Assembly (NCBI GenBank): GCA_004431415.1
Contig: QPMI01000111.1
Span: forward strand, 48,018 to 112,017
Source: Cyanophora paradoxa CCMP329
Taxonomy: Eukaryota; Plantae; Glaucophyta
Length of the DNA stretch: 64,000 nucleotides
Reading direction: 5' to 3'
Shown: positions 1 to 12,847 of the stretch, piece by piece
Position numbering within the stretch: position 1 is the first letter of the stretch
Layout: the number at the start of each line of letters is the position of its first letter
Translations under genes and position numbers: made by a program
The notes under the pieces: model-generated
Database searches by the model: none
The model's input: the letters and a program-made list of their open reading frames with translations, nothing else
Told to the model about the DNA's origin: nothing

Positions 1-428
1 TTAAGCTTAAATTCCGATCTTCGGAAGCCTGAAGCCTTGAATTCGAAGTTCGAATTTTCAAGTTTGCAAAATTGAAATTTTCTAAAGGCGACTCGGCGAA
101 GCTTGCCAAGTTGCAATAGCCAGTTGCACTGCGGCAGCTTCGATTTCGAAGTCCGATCCGATGATCGCGATGGTCAGCTTGCCGCAGTGCCAGAGCCGCT
201 GAGCCTCGGAGTCACTGATTTGTCGGACAGCTGCAGCCTGGCAGGGCCCAGCCGCTGAACATGCCATGATGATCATGATGAGCCTAAGCTTGAAGGGTAG
301 ACTCTGAGCCTCGGAGAGCCATATTGAGTCAAGGTCTTGCCAAGTTGAACTTTGTGAAGCCTTGAAGGCTTGAAGCCCGGCCTTGCCAAGTTGACGGGCC
401 CGATCACTGAGTCGACCGTCGGACATGT

Positions 429-1167
429 ACAAGCGAGTCCCTGCGGAGCAGGAGTGGCCTTGGGTCTTGGGGCTTCAAGGCGTGAGGCTAGGGTGGCAGC
501 TCTGTATTTTTAAACGGGGGCCCGCAACGTTAACCGCGCGCGGTTACGGGGGAGGGGGGAGGAGAAACAGGGGGGTCCACTCGGCAAGGGTACACACTCA
601 AGTGTGAGGGTACAGAATTGTGCCGCAAGGGTACAGAAGTCGATGCGGGGTCCAATCGGCCGCAGTTGTACCCAGTACAGGCCCCGAGGGGCCCATTGGT
701 CGTTTCAGCTGAATAAAAACGACTTTTCGACGCGTTTTGGAGGTGGTTGATAATAATCTATGAATCATTTGAATGTAATTCGCAGTAATAAGGCTCCGTC
801 TAAATTGTTTATTTCAATTATCTTTCAATCAACGCATCAAATACTTTTAATTCCCACATCGTGGCACACTGCGACCCTGTCTCATACAAATTTGCTGGCC
901 GGCAACGTGGCGCTCCGTTAATTTGGAAATTATTTCCTAGCGAATGGAGTGCGGTCTCTTGAAATTAATAATTTTCATATTTCGACTCGGACGACCAATG
1001 TGATTTGCGCTTTCTATTTTTTTCCGGGAAAATGCTTTTCTGTGCTTTTCGAGGTGCTGTTACTGCCCATTAGAGACCTCATAGGAAAACGGGCCCGGCC
1101 ATCGCGTTCCCCAGGGTCGAAAATGGGGTAGTAGGTATGTTCATTTATGCGAATTTTGCTTTTTGAA
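429..1167. repeat. ~740-bp repeat unit, copy 1 (partial tandem copy follows at 1168-1385)
   Basis: Begins caagcgagtccctgcggagcaggagtggcctt. The same start recurs at 1168 and 3187, and the unit is colinear with 3187-3912. Confidence 0.9.
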
Positions 1168-1446
1168 ACAAGCGAGTCCCTGCGGAGCAGGAGTGGCCTT
1201 CGGTCTTGTGGTTTCAAGGCGTGAGGGTGGCCGCTCTTTGTTTTAAAACGGGGGACCGCATGCGCATGCGCAACCGCGCGCGGTTACCGGGGGGAGGGGG
1301 AAGAGAAGTAGGGGGGCCACTTGGCAAGGGTACGCACTCAAGTGAGAGGGTACAGACTTGTGCCAAGGGTACATGATGCGGGCCGGGCCCGTACCGAGAA
1401 TCGGCGCCGCCGGCGCCGCGCGCGCGTGATCACAGCCTGTCACAGT

Positions 1447-2137
1447 CAGTGATGGGATTACAGATTAGACCAAAATCCGCACTTTTATTATAATATTACA
1501 CTAACGTTATATAATATTATAATAACGATTAGCGTATTATAAATAACGCTCCATAGAGAGGGCACCCCCGCACCTCACAGTACAGCTCGAAAACGTTAGA
1601 AAAGGGATAAGAACATCGCCTAAGCTATTATACTGTGGATTTCAGAATGCAGACATCTAAATTCCCGTGGTTTCACCAGAGGGAGGCGCCGTACCCACTG
1701 TACCCCCCTGGCTGGACGGGCGGGCGGGCGACCTGCCGGAACGCCAAAGATGCTGTACGACTCTTATAGCTTGCTGCGCATCGTTTCTTTATGACGTAGG
1801 CGTTGCTAAGCATGAATTACGCAGCGTTTAGAGTGTTTGTAGCCTGTATCCCCCCCGGTTATTTTATTGTTATCGATAACTGCCGCCCTGGGACTATTAC
1901 AGTATTTGTTCCGTGTTCGAATCGCCCTGCGATGAGAATCACGCCTTCAAATCCCGCCCGTTCCACATAATTCCGATCGATCATGCCCCACCTTGCCTGT
2001 ACACGCCCCCACAGTGCTGGAGTAGACTAGAGGCTGTGGCCGGTAAAAAAAAAAAAAAAAAATATTACAGTAATGTTTATTATAATAATAATATAAATGA
2101 GTATTATTTTGTATTATAAATTAGAGACTCATCACTG
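1447..2137. mobile_element. hAT-type non-autonomous element (MITE), 691 bp
   Basis: Terminal inverted repeats cagtgatg...catcactg. Perfect 8-bp TSD GTCACAGT at 1439-1446 and 2138-2145. AT-rich subtermini, no credible ORF. Confidence 0.85.
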
Positions 2138-2292
2138 GTCACAGTGTGTGATCGATGCGGCGGCGGCGGCGCTTCGATCGCGGGGCCGACGCGGGCCCCC
2201 GGATTAATATATTCGCGGCGGCGGCGGCGCTTCTCGGAGGTTTTTGACTTTTAGCCGCCAATCGTTGAACGTCGACGTTACGTGGTCGCGTG

Positions 2293-2812
2293 CAGTGTTC
2301 GGTAAAGTTTACTCCCCCAAAATTGCCCTGAAAACTTTCTGCAAGCTTTGGAAAAGATTGTGCAAATATTTGCACCATAGAAAACATTCCAAGCACCGCA
2401 AAAACACTGTATTCCTTGGCAAATAAGCGTCTGAACGAGAGATATAAGCTTTATAATGATACCTGTGAGTTTAGATTCAAAGTTTGCATGCGCACGCGTT
2501 TAGTCTTGTTTTGGCCTTCTTTTCATGATCAGGGTCGCCGAGAGGGGGGTACCCATCTGAAGGAGGCGACCTTCGCCCTCCTGACACCCTTGTAACTCTA
2601 TCAACTCTAGAATCATGTCAGAACCGAAGGGAATACCGCAAGTAGCCGGTAGATCTTGCTCGTAACAGGCGGTAGGGTGGGGTGGGGAGGGGGGGTCAAG
2701 TGCAAATTAACTGAAAGTTTTCTAGGGTTGTAGGAGGAGGTGAAAATTAACTGAAAGTTTTCAAGTAAACTTTCAAGAGAAAGTTTACCCAGCGCAAACT
2801 TTCGGAACACTG
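2293..2812. mobile_element. hAT-type MITE, 520 bp
   Basis: TIRs cagtgttcggtaaagttt / aaactttcggaacactg. Perfect 8-bp TSD GTCGCGTG at 2285-2292 and 2813-2820. Confidence 0.85.
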
Positions 2813-3186
2813 GTCGCGTGCGAGGCATATGGAACTTTGCTAGTACTCGAAGGTCGAGATTCGAAGCCAGCGCAGCGTCCGATCGAGCTCGGACTCTAGC
2901 CTCGGCCCTCGGAGACTCAGCCTCGGAGGTAGTTTTAAGCGCCTAGTGACTCCAGAGGCTCTTTGCAATTTCCATCGGCGAAGGGGAAGCAAGCTGGAAC
3001 CAATGACAATCGCGCTTGTCCGTGAATGGGTGAATTGACTTTTTGTGCCAATGGCGATCGGGCTTGACGCGAACAATTTCGTTCGTACGTGCTGTTAGTG
3101 CATGTTAGAGGTGTCACATTTGAAAAGTAGCGCCGCCATCGTGCTCCCTAGGGTCGAAAGTGGGTACCTAGGTCCAAAAATTTTGA

Positions 3187-3912
3187 CAAGCGAGTCCCTG
3201 CGGAGCAGGAGTGGCCTTGGGTCTTGGGGCGTCAATGCGTGATGGTGGCAGGTCTTTGTTTTTAAACGGGGGCCCACAACCGCGCGCGGTTACGGGTGAG
3301 GCTATGGGGGAGGAGAAATAGGGGGGTCCACTCGGCAAGTGAGAGGGTACAGAATTGTGCTGCAAGGGTACAGATATCGATGCGGGGCCCAATCGGCCGC
3401 AGTTGTACCGCGGCCGAGCACAGGCCCCGAGGGGCCCATTGGTCGTTTCAGCTGAATGAAAACGACTTTCGGCGCTTTTTGGAGGTGGTTAATAATAAGC
3501 TATGAATCATTTGAATGTAATTCGCAGTAATAAGGCTCTGTCTAAATTGTTAATTCTAATTATCTTTCAATCAACGCATCAAATACTTTTAAATCCCACA
3601 TCGTGGCACACTACGACCCTGTCTCATACAAATTTGCTGGCCGGCAACGTGGCACTCCGTTAATTTGGAAACTATTTCCTAGCGAATGGGGTGCGGTCTC
3701 TTGAAATTAAAAATTTTCAAAATTCGACTCGGACGACCAATGTCATTTGCGCTTTCTCTTTTTTTCCGGGAAAATGCTTTTCTGTGCTTTTCGAGGTGCT
3801 GTTACTCCCCATTAGAGACCTCTCATAGGAAAACGGGCCCGGCCATCGTGTTCCCCAGGGTCGAAAACGGGGTAGTAGGTCTGTTCATTTATGCGAATTT
3901 CGCTTTTTGAAA
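3187..3912. repeat. ~740-bp repeat unit, second full copy
   Basis: Colinear with 429-1167 with scattered substitutions and small indels. Confidence 0.9.
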
Positions 3913-3929
3913 TCCGTCACATCAAACCA

Positions 3930-4088
3930 ACAGACCTAAGGGCCTCTCCTTTCCCCAAGGCCGATCCCGGACAGGACAGGCACAGACCTAAGGGCCTCTC
4001 CTTTCCCCAAGGCCGACCTGAATCGCATTTTGAATCCACTGACAAGACAGGCACAGACCTAAGGGCCTCTCCTTTCCCCAAGGCCGAC
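3930..4088. repeat. three copies of a ~35-bp motif acagacctaagggcctctcctttccccaaggccga
   Basis: Copies at ~3930, ~3982 and ~4053 separated by short linkers. Confidence 0.85.
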
Positions 4089-5486
4089 TAAACTAAACAT
4101 GACGCATTCAATCTCTAGATGATATGAGATACACATACGCACTAAATAAAGGGCCACTGACTTGCCGCGCGCGTCAGTTGGGTCCGGGGAAGGGCATTTA
4201 ACCTCGAGCTCGGCCGCGGGCGAGCCGCCGGGCCGGCTCGAGCTCCGAGCTCGAGGCTGGCCATGCCAGGCGAGCTGTCCACGCGATCGATCGCGAGGCG
4301 AGCTGTCCTGTAGAGGTAGGCCCCGGGCCCGGGCCAGAGCTATGTAGGGCGCGCGCGGGCCCCGGGCCAGGGGCGGGGGAGGGAACCTTGTCTGGACGTG
4401 CTCGAGCTCCTGCAGCTGCCAGGCTGCGCATGCCCCGCGCCCGTCGCGCGGGTGCACGTGGGGCGTGGCGGGTGCACGAGTGCGCATGTGCTGCGGGTGC
4501 GTCACTGCTAGCGCTCACGCTCCGCTCAGCAAGCGGCCGGAGGGTCCTTATAGCTTACGCCGTGCCGGCTCTGCGTCGCGCGGGCGTCGGCTTGTTGCAA
4601 TTGCAAGTGGCATAGCCGGCCGCCGCCAATTGCAAGTGCGGCCGGCTTGTGCAATTGCGTCGGGGCGTGCGCGGTTGGCGCGGGTGAAGCGCCTCGATCG
4701 CCTCGTTGGCGCACGAGAGGCGTGACAGTTGAAGCCGCGGCCGCGGCCGGCGCGCGCGCGCCGAGCTGAAGAGGAAGCGCTGCAGCTGGCCATGGGCGCG
4801 CGGGAGGGAGGGAGGGGGGAAGCGTGCGTGAGCCACAGCAAACTGCCGCGCGCGCGAGAGGCGTAACCATTGTTGAGCCGAGCCGAGCTGCGGCGCCCGG
4901 GGGAGAAAGCGGCCGGGGGTACTCGAAGAGGTTTTTGCAGGGTAAGTTCGCACTCTCCAATGTGATTGGCTAGCGCGCGCGGCGTCCTCCCACGCGACCG
5001 CGTTCGCGCCCGGCCTCGCTCTCGCAGTACGGAATGTCGAACATGATGCGCGCAACGACCTCGAACTGGTCTGGTCTGTATATCTGCTCCCTGTGCGTCG
5101 CTGGACCCATTTTTGTCCCGGGTGTTGGTGCCTGTTCCTGGATCACCCTTTGGTCGGACGGGACCGGGAGACACGGTTTCGGGGTCCCCTGGGGATGCGC
5201 TTTCAGGGTGTACCGCGCGGCCCCGGTTTTGCGGAGGTCGGGGAAATGGGATTTGGGGTAGGGTTGGGCCCAAGGGACAGGGACAGGGGAAGTGTTTTAC
5301 CCTTCCCCAACTAAACTTGACGCATTCAATCTCTAGAAGACTATGAGATACACATACGCACGCAGCGGGCGGAACCATATGCATGAGACGCGGGCAGGGC
5401 TGCACTAGTGCTGTACACAAGAGGCCGGGCGTACGCGTGGGGCCCTCTTCTAAGTTAAAATTCGTGGTAGAAGTGTCCGCTGGGGA

Positions 5487-8400
5487 TCATTGCCACCGCC
5501 GGCCCCGTCCCCGACCCCTTCCCCTCCCCCGCCACCTCCTCCGCCTTCCCGCCGACGGGCGCGGAGGGCGGCGCGGCGTTGGGGGCGGGGGCGATGCGCG
5601 GGGCGGGGCGTCGGCGGAGGGCCGCGGCGAGGCGGCGGAGAGGCCGGGGCGGCCTCGGGGAGGGCCCCCGGACGTTGAGGAGGCCGGGGCGGAGGTGAGG
5701 AGGGGCGGGGAGTCGGGGCGGAGGGCGGCGAGGCGGGCGGCGGCGCGGCGGGCGGCGTGCGTGGCGCCGACGGCCTCGTAGAGGCGAGGGCGCGGTTGAG
5801 GGCTCCGGGGCGGCCCGCAGGCGCCCGAGCACCTCGAGGGCGGCGGCGCGGTCGAGGCGGCGGCCGTCGGCGAGCTCCTCGGCCCGCGCCGCGAGGGCGA
5901 GGGCGGCGCGGCGGCGGCCCTCGAGGCGGCCCAGCGCGCCGCGCACGCGAGGTAGGCGCTGCGTCCCGCGGGGCACTTGCGGAGCTGCTTGCGGAGGACG
6001 GCGAGCAGGCGCTCGCACGCCGCCGGCGCGCTGAACGCCCGCGCCCGCGCCCGCTCCGTCGGCAGCGGCCCTCGAAGGCCAGCAGGCGGTCGCACGCCGC
6101 GGGGCGCCCGGGGCGGCGAGGGCGAGGTAGGGGTCGGCGCCGGCGGGCCCGGGGGTCTCGGAGCGGGTAGGTGGCGGGACAGGCGGCCTCGGCCATCTCA
6201 AGGGCGAGCTCGAGGAGGCGCGGCAGGCAGAGCGTCGCCACCACGTACGTCGGCAGGTGCCGCTCCGCCGCCCCCGCCGCACGCGCGATCGCCGCCTGCG
6301 CCCGCGCCACCTCCCCGCGCCGCGCCGCCGCCACCGCGTTCGCCAGGCCGGCCATGTACGCTGCGGCCGCCTCAGGGCGGCCGCGAGCGGGCAAGGCGGG
6401 CGGGCGTGCGGGAGGCACCGATGGCGGCATGGTGCTCTCGCCGCCCTCGGCGGAGCGGGCGCGCTCGTGGACCTTCCACCCCGCCACCCCCGCCGCCGCC
6501 TCGTACCGGCCCCGCTCCGCGTACAGCACCGCCTGCGCCCCGCCCGCCGTGTCGGCCCCGGCGCGGCGGGGGCGGGGGCCGGGGCGGGGGGCGGACGAGG
6601 ATGCCCTGGGTGACGGAGAGCATGAGCTCGTCGCCGCGCTCGCGGGCGGAGCGCGCCGCGCGCTCGGCCGCCTCCGCCGCCTCCTCCCAGTCCGACTCCT
6701 CCGCCGCGTACGTCCACCGCAGCAGCCTGCCCGCCGCCTCACCCCCGGCCCCGACCCCGCGGCGCGCGTGGCGGGCGCCGCACCCCGCGAATGAGGTCTG
6801 CACCTCCCACCACTTGGTCTGCACGGAGACGCGGCTCGCCTGGGCGCCGCTGCGGGGCGGGGTGACGGGGGGCGGGGCTGGGCGCGGGGGGCGGGGCGCA
6901 CCGGAGGAAGATGTCGATGGCCTCGCGGCCGCGGCCCTGCGGGGCGGGTGAGGGGCGCCGGGGGCGCGCGGGGGGCGGGGCGGGCGCCTGGCAGCCGAGG
7001 ACGTTGCCGTACATGGCGCAGGAGAAGGAGAGTGCGAGGGGGCTCTCGAACTCGTCGGCGATGGCGATGGCGCGGCGGCAGTAGGCGTCGGCGGCGGCGG
7101 CGTCGCCCACGCCCTGGAAGACGAAGCCCATGGTGGCGTACAGGCGCGGCTGCACGACGAAGGTCGCGGGGAGGGACTCGGCGGCGCGGGTGCCGGCGAG
7201 GACGGCGTAGAGCTGGTGCATGCGGTGCGTCATGAGGATGGTGAAGCCGCGGGCGCGGCGCTCCTGGATGGTCGCCTCCTCGAGGTCGTACTCCTCCCGC
7301 TCCGTCAGCGCCGCCGGCTCCTCGGGCTCCTCGGGGTACTCCACCGCCTCCTCCCCGGGGGCGCCCCCGCAGCACAGGTACCGCCGCCACCGCCCCGCGC
7401 GGGCCCGCGGGGCGGGGGTCGGGGAGAGGGAGCGGGCGGAGCGGGGCCCGAGGGCGGAGTGGGCGGTGGAGGCGGCCGAGGCGAGGCTCGCGACGGAGCT
7501 GCGCCGCCCCTGCGACGCCCCGCTCGCCGCCGACGGGATCCCTGCGCCCGCCGTCGACCCCGCCCCGCGCCCGCGCCCCGCGCCGGGGGGCACCTGTGAC
7601 GGAGCGGAGGGAGGCGCCGGGGACGGGCTCCGCGCCATCGACGGCCGCCGCGACGCCGACGGCGTGGCGGCGCCGAGGCCGGGGGGCCCCGCCCCCCGGG
7701 GCGGCCGGCCCGCGGCCGAGACGGAAGCGGATCTTGGCGGCGAGGAGCATGGGGACTGCCTGCAGGGGGCTCAGGGGGCGCGCGGGGCGGGCGGGGCGGG
7801 GCGGGCCTTGAGGGCGGCGCGGGCCGGGGAGGCGGGCGGGGCGGGCGAGGGTCTCGAGGGCCTCCTGGAAGGCGGCCTCCGCCTCGTCGAAGATCGACAG
7901 CTCCGCCTTCGCCGTCCCCAGCTTCCGCAGCCACTGCGCCCGCCGCAGCGCCGCCACCGCCCCGGCGCGCGCGCCGAGCGGCCCCGCCGGCCCCGCGGCC
8001 TCGTCGGCGATGGCGAGGAGGCGGCGGTGGATGCGGATGGCCTCGCCGTTCGCGTAGTTCTCGAGCGCGTACTCCCCCGCCTTCTCGAGGAACTCGACGG
8101 CCTTGTCGAGCAGGTCGGCCGCCAGGTAGTGGTGCGCCAGCAGCGGGTAGAAGTCGGCCGCCGCCGCGTCCGTGACGCGCTCGGCGTAGCGGGCGACGGC
8201 GGCGTGGAGGAGGCGGCGGGCCGAGGTGGAGAGGAGCGAGTAGGCGACGTCGGCCATGAGCGCCGACTTGAAGCCGAAGCAGCGGCCGGAGCCGACGCAG
8301 CGGGCGGCCTCGGGCCCGTCGGGGGGCAGCTCGGCGAGGATGCCCCCCTCGACGAGCCGCGCCACGCTCTCCTCGATCGCCGCCGCCGTCGACGCCCGCC

Positions 8401-11400
8401 GCGACCGCTGCGACGCCCCCCGCGACCGCTCCTTCTCCGACCCGCTCCCGCCCCCGCCCCCGCTCGCCGCCGGGGGCAGGGCGAGCCAGTCGCGCTGCTC
8501 GGCGGCGGCGGCGAGGGCGGAGAGGCGGAAGACGACGCCGATGACGGCCGCGATCTTGACGAGCAGCGCCAGCGGCGGCGGCAGCCGGTCGATCCGCCCC
8601 GTCAGCGCCGAGCGGAGGGAGGAGGGGGCGCCGAAGCTCGCGAGGGGCTGCTTGATGACGCAGCGGCCCTCCTCGATGGCGAGCACGTCCCTGCCGGGGG
8701 TCAGGCGCCCCGCGCCGGGGGCGGGGGCGGGGCGGGGGCCGCACGGCTCCCGCGCGATGGTGTGGACGAGCTCCTGGACGAACTGCGGCAGGCCGCCGGT
8801 CTTGCCGACTGCGGGGGGTGAGCGGGGGCGGGGGCGGGGGCGCGGGGGCGCGGGGCAAGCGCACAGACGTAGTCGGAGAAGACGGGGGGGATGCCGTCGG
8901 GGGTGCACCCGAGGGTGTGGGCGACGAGCAGGTGCGTCTCAGGCGGCGAGAGGAAGCCGAGGGTCACGAGCTGCGCCCCGGGGAGGGCCTTTAGCGCCTC
9001 CCAGGGGGCCTCCCCCTGCTCCTCCCCCGCCCCCGCCGGGGCCGGGCGGGCGGTGTAGACGAGGGCGAGGCCCGGCGTCCCCTCCGCGGCCGCCGCCGCC
9101 AGCGCCTCGAGCACCGCCCAGCTCGACGCGTCGCACGAGTGGGCGTCTGCGCCCCGGCCCCCGCCGTCACCGGCCCCGCCGCGCGGCGCGGCCAAGGCGG
9201 GCGGGCGGACCCTCGACGAGGACGAGGACGGAGCGGGAGCGGCAGAGGCGGCGCAGCAGCGTCGTCACCGCGAACTGCAGCGCCCGCGCCCGCTCCTCCG
9301 ACGCGAACTGCACGGCCGCCGAGGCGCGCCGGGGCCGGAGCTGGCCGCCCCGCGGGCTGCACCGCCCCTCGCGCTCCTCAAGGAAGGTCGCCTGCAGCAG
9401 GTGCAGCTTCGGCAGGTCCGCCGCCTCGAAGCACGCGCGCAGCGCCGCCCACCCCTCCCGCCCCTCCCCCGCCGCCCCCGCGAGCACCGAGCCCCGCCGG
9501 GGGCCCCCGGGGGCGAGGGAGGCGTGGCGGGCGGGGGCCTTGGGCCCGATGGAGGAGACGCGGCGGCCGCCGGCGGTGACGAAGACGATGCCCTTGGAGC
9601 CGGCGCGCCCCCGGCGGCCGACGCGCCGCTCACCGTGGCGCCCCGCACCGCCCGCTTCTCCAGCGACGACGCCCGCGCCCCCGCAGCGCCCGCCTCCGGC
9701 CCCGTCTCGAACTCCTCCACCCGCAGCTGCTCGGCCCCCGCCCCCGCCCCGCCCCGGGCGCGCCCCGGGCGACCCTCGGGGGCCGCGGCCGGGGCGGCGG
9801 GCGGCGGGGGCGGGCGCCGGCTCGGGCCCGCAGGCGGCGACGGCGTCGCAGAGGGCGCGGACGATCTGCGGGGGCGTCGGGGCGGGATGGGCGGGGCGGG
9901 GCGGGGGGGCGGACGGGGCGCAGGCGGAGTAGAGCATGGCGCGCTGGTGGGGGAAGCACTCGGAGAAGAGGACGACGTCGACGCGGGCCTCCCGCGCCCG
10001 CTCCAGCGCGAAGTCCGCCACCATGCTCTTCCCGCACCCCGCCTCCGCCTCCACCAGCAGCGCCGCCGCCCGCGCCGTCTCGCGCCGCGCCGCGTGCCGC
10101 ACCATCTCGTCCACCACCGCGCACTCCGAGTCCCGCCCCACGATCGCCCGCTCCGCCGGCGCCGCCACCGCCGCCACTGCCGTCGGCTTCGCTGCCACCG
10201 CGACCCGCCGCCGCCCCCGCCGCCGCCGCGGTGCCGGCCGGCGACAGCGTAGATGTCGGCCACGGAGCCGCGCATCTGAGCGGGGCGGGGTGGGCGGGCG
10301 GGAAACGCGGGGCGGGCGGGGCGGCACGGTGGAGGCCATGCTGTAGACGGAGCCGTACCGCGACGACATCGTCTCCTCCGCCTCCTGCCCCGCCCCTCAG
10401 CCCCGCCTCGACCCCGCCCGCCGGGCGCGCGCACGTGGGAGGGGCTCGGGGCGTGCGGGGCGGGGCCGTCGCCGAGGCCGCCGACCGGGCCGCGGGCGAC
10501 GACGAGGCCGGTGCCGGCGCTGTTGGCGCGGCCGCGCAGGACGCGGCTGCCGGGTCGGAGTGGGCGCTGGGCGAGGCCTCCCCCTCGAGCTCGGGCTCGG
10601 CGGCGAAGCTGACCGAGCCGCGGTGCTCGGCCCCGCCCTCCCCGTCGAGCCCCGCGAGCGACTTGCGGCGGCCGTGGGCGGGGTGGACGAGGGCGGGCGG
10701 GGCGTGGGGGCCGGGGAGGGGCCCGGAGGCGGGGGCGCGGGCGAGAGTGACGGGGGCGCGGGGCCGGAGGGAGCGGGCGCGGACGCCGCGGACGGCGAAG
10801 ACGGGGACGGGGGCGGCCATGCCCTTGAGGGGCAGCTCGCCGGCGAAGGCGTCCTCGATGAGCGCCCCCGCCGCCCCGTGCGTCTCCCCGTCGATGAGGA
10901 TGCGCGCAGCGAAGTCCACCCCCTCGAACTCCCGCCCGCTCCCCGCCAGCGCCATCAGCCGCGCCGCGCGGTTGACGGCCGAGGAGAAGAGGTCGAACTG
11001 CTGGAGCACTGCGGCGCTGCCGACGAGGCCGCAGAAGACGTCCCCCGTCGCCACCCCGATCGCCACACCCAGGCCCTCCCCCCGCAGCTCCCCGAACACC
11101 GAGATCGCTGCCGGGCGTCACCCCGCGCCGCGCCGCGCCGCGGGGCGCCGCGCACCGGTGAGGACGGCGTTCGTCGCGTCGTTCTCGTTGGCGGTGAGGC
11201 CGTGCGTGATGATGCACACGACGCCCTTGTCTGAGCCCCGCCGCGTCGGCCGCGGGGCGGGGCGGGGCGGGGCGGGGGCGGGGGGGCGGGCACCGTCGCA
11301 GGAGAGCTTGAGGAGGTGGCCGCCCTGGGCCTCGCAGCAGCGCACGAGGCTGGCCACCGTCCCCTGCAACAGCGCCGGCGCATCCAGGTCCGCACCCGTC

Positions 11401-12847
11401 AGGCTCACGAAGACCCTGCCGCGCGTCACCCCCCGCCCCGCTGCGCCCCGCGGGGGGCGGGGCGCACGTGGAGATGCGGCGGAGCTCGGCGTAGACGGAG
11501 GCGCCGGCCGAGCGCGGCCCGCTCCGCGCGCTCCCCGGCTCGCTCCCCGGCTCGCTCCCCGCGCTCCCGGGCGCGACTCGGGGGCCTCCTGCGCCGCCGC
11601 GAGCTCGGGGCGCGCTGCCGCACCGCCTCGGGCACGTAGAGCGCGATGCGCGGGTGCGGCGGCCCCGCGGCGGCGCGCGCGGCGGTGGGCGGGGGAAGGC
11701 GGGGCGGTGGCGGTGGGGCGGGGCGCGGCGAGGAGGAAGGCGCCGGGGAGGGCCGGCACGGGGCCCCTCGAAGTCCCCCCGAGGTGGCCCCACGCCGAGG
11801 CCGCCGCCATCACCTGCGCCCCGTCAGGGCGGCCTGCGGGGCGGGGCGGGGCCGGCGGGCCTGGCCGGGGCGGATGTGGCGGTCGAGGGCGCCGAGCTCG
11901 GCGAGGGGCGCCCCCGCCGTGAAGTAGAGCATCCGGCCCCGCGCCGCCGCCACCGCCTCCGCGAAGGCCGCCCCCTCGCCCGCCCCTGCCCCCGAGTGGA
12001 CGACCCCCAAGTGCGCCGCGCTGTATGCCCCCGACGCCAGCATCACCTGCCCCGCCCCTCTCAGCGCCACGCGCCCGCGAGGCCACCCGGGCGCCGCGCC
12101 TTGAGGGACAGCGCCGGCGTCTCCTCGTCGGCGGCGCGGCGCTCCTTCTCCTCGAAGAGCTTCTGCATCTCGAGGGCGCACTGCCGGCGCTGGTGTCGGC
12201 GGGGCGGCCTGGCGGGGCGGGGGCGGGGCGGGACAAACGAGGGAGGCGGCGACGGTGCAGCGGCGGGCGGCGGCCTGCTGCGCCCGCTCGTCCGCTTCGA
12301 GGGCCTCCAGGGGGACGCCCCAGACCGCCTGCCGCGCCTCAGAGGGCCCCCCGCCGGCCCCCGCGCCGCGCGCACGAGGATCGCGTCCCCGGCGAAGGCG
12401 ATCGGCACGCCCCCGTACTCGTCGATCACCGCCAGCTGCCGGCTGAAGTACTCTGCCGCAACCACCCCGTCGGCGTCGCCCGCCGGCGAGTGACAGGCGC
12501 CGCCTCGCGCACCATTGATCGTCGTCCACAAGAACTCTACGCCCTCATCGCCCTTCCCCGTGTACAGGTCCGTGAGCTTTGTGAAGCCTGCGAAGCCCCG
12601 GGCCGCACTACGCTTACGGGCCCCGGCATTTCTTTCGACATCTGCGACTCGTCGCACCGGAGAGATCGCTGAAGCAGAAGCACCCTATGAATCTCTGACT
12701 CTCTCCGCCCGTCGGAAGGCTGTCCCTGTTCGTGCAGCGCTCGTACACCGGCCTGCGGGTGGCCACGGGTTGGCGACGCTCCGCCGACGCGCACGCGGCG
12801 ATCCGGTGCGCTCACCTGGGCACGCAGCGCGCGAAGAATGCCTCCAT
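5487..12847 (-). CDS. soluble-type (ADCY10-like) adenylate cyclase: two class III cyclase domains + STAND/AAA ATPase + TPR region; multi-exon; 3' end approximate
   Basis: Spliced exons give MEAFFARCVP..FCFSDLS/GFTKLT..GGVPIAFAGDAIL (C1) and IGVATGDVFCGLVG..AVNRAARLM (C2). IVGRDSE..VEAEAGCGKS is a Walker A. GFKSALMADVAYSLL..LAHHY..AVEFLEKAGEYA marks the wHTH/TPR region. Many short GT-AG introns. Confidence 0.9.

Noticed and set aside
429-3912. LTR retrotransposon bounded by the 740-bp repeats
   Set aside because: No TG...CA ends, PBS or gag-pol; a partial tandem copy follows the first unit.
5450-12500. Very long ORFs (1152, 842, 563 aa and others)
   Set aside because: They arise from stop-poor GC-rich DNA reading through introns or antisense frames of the cyclase gene.
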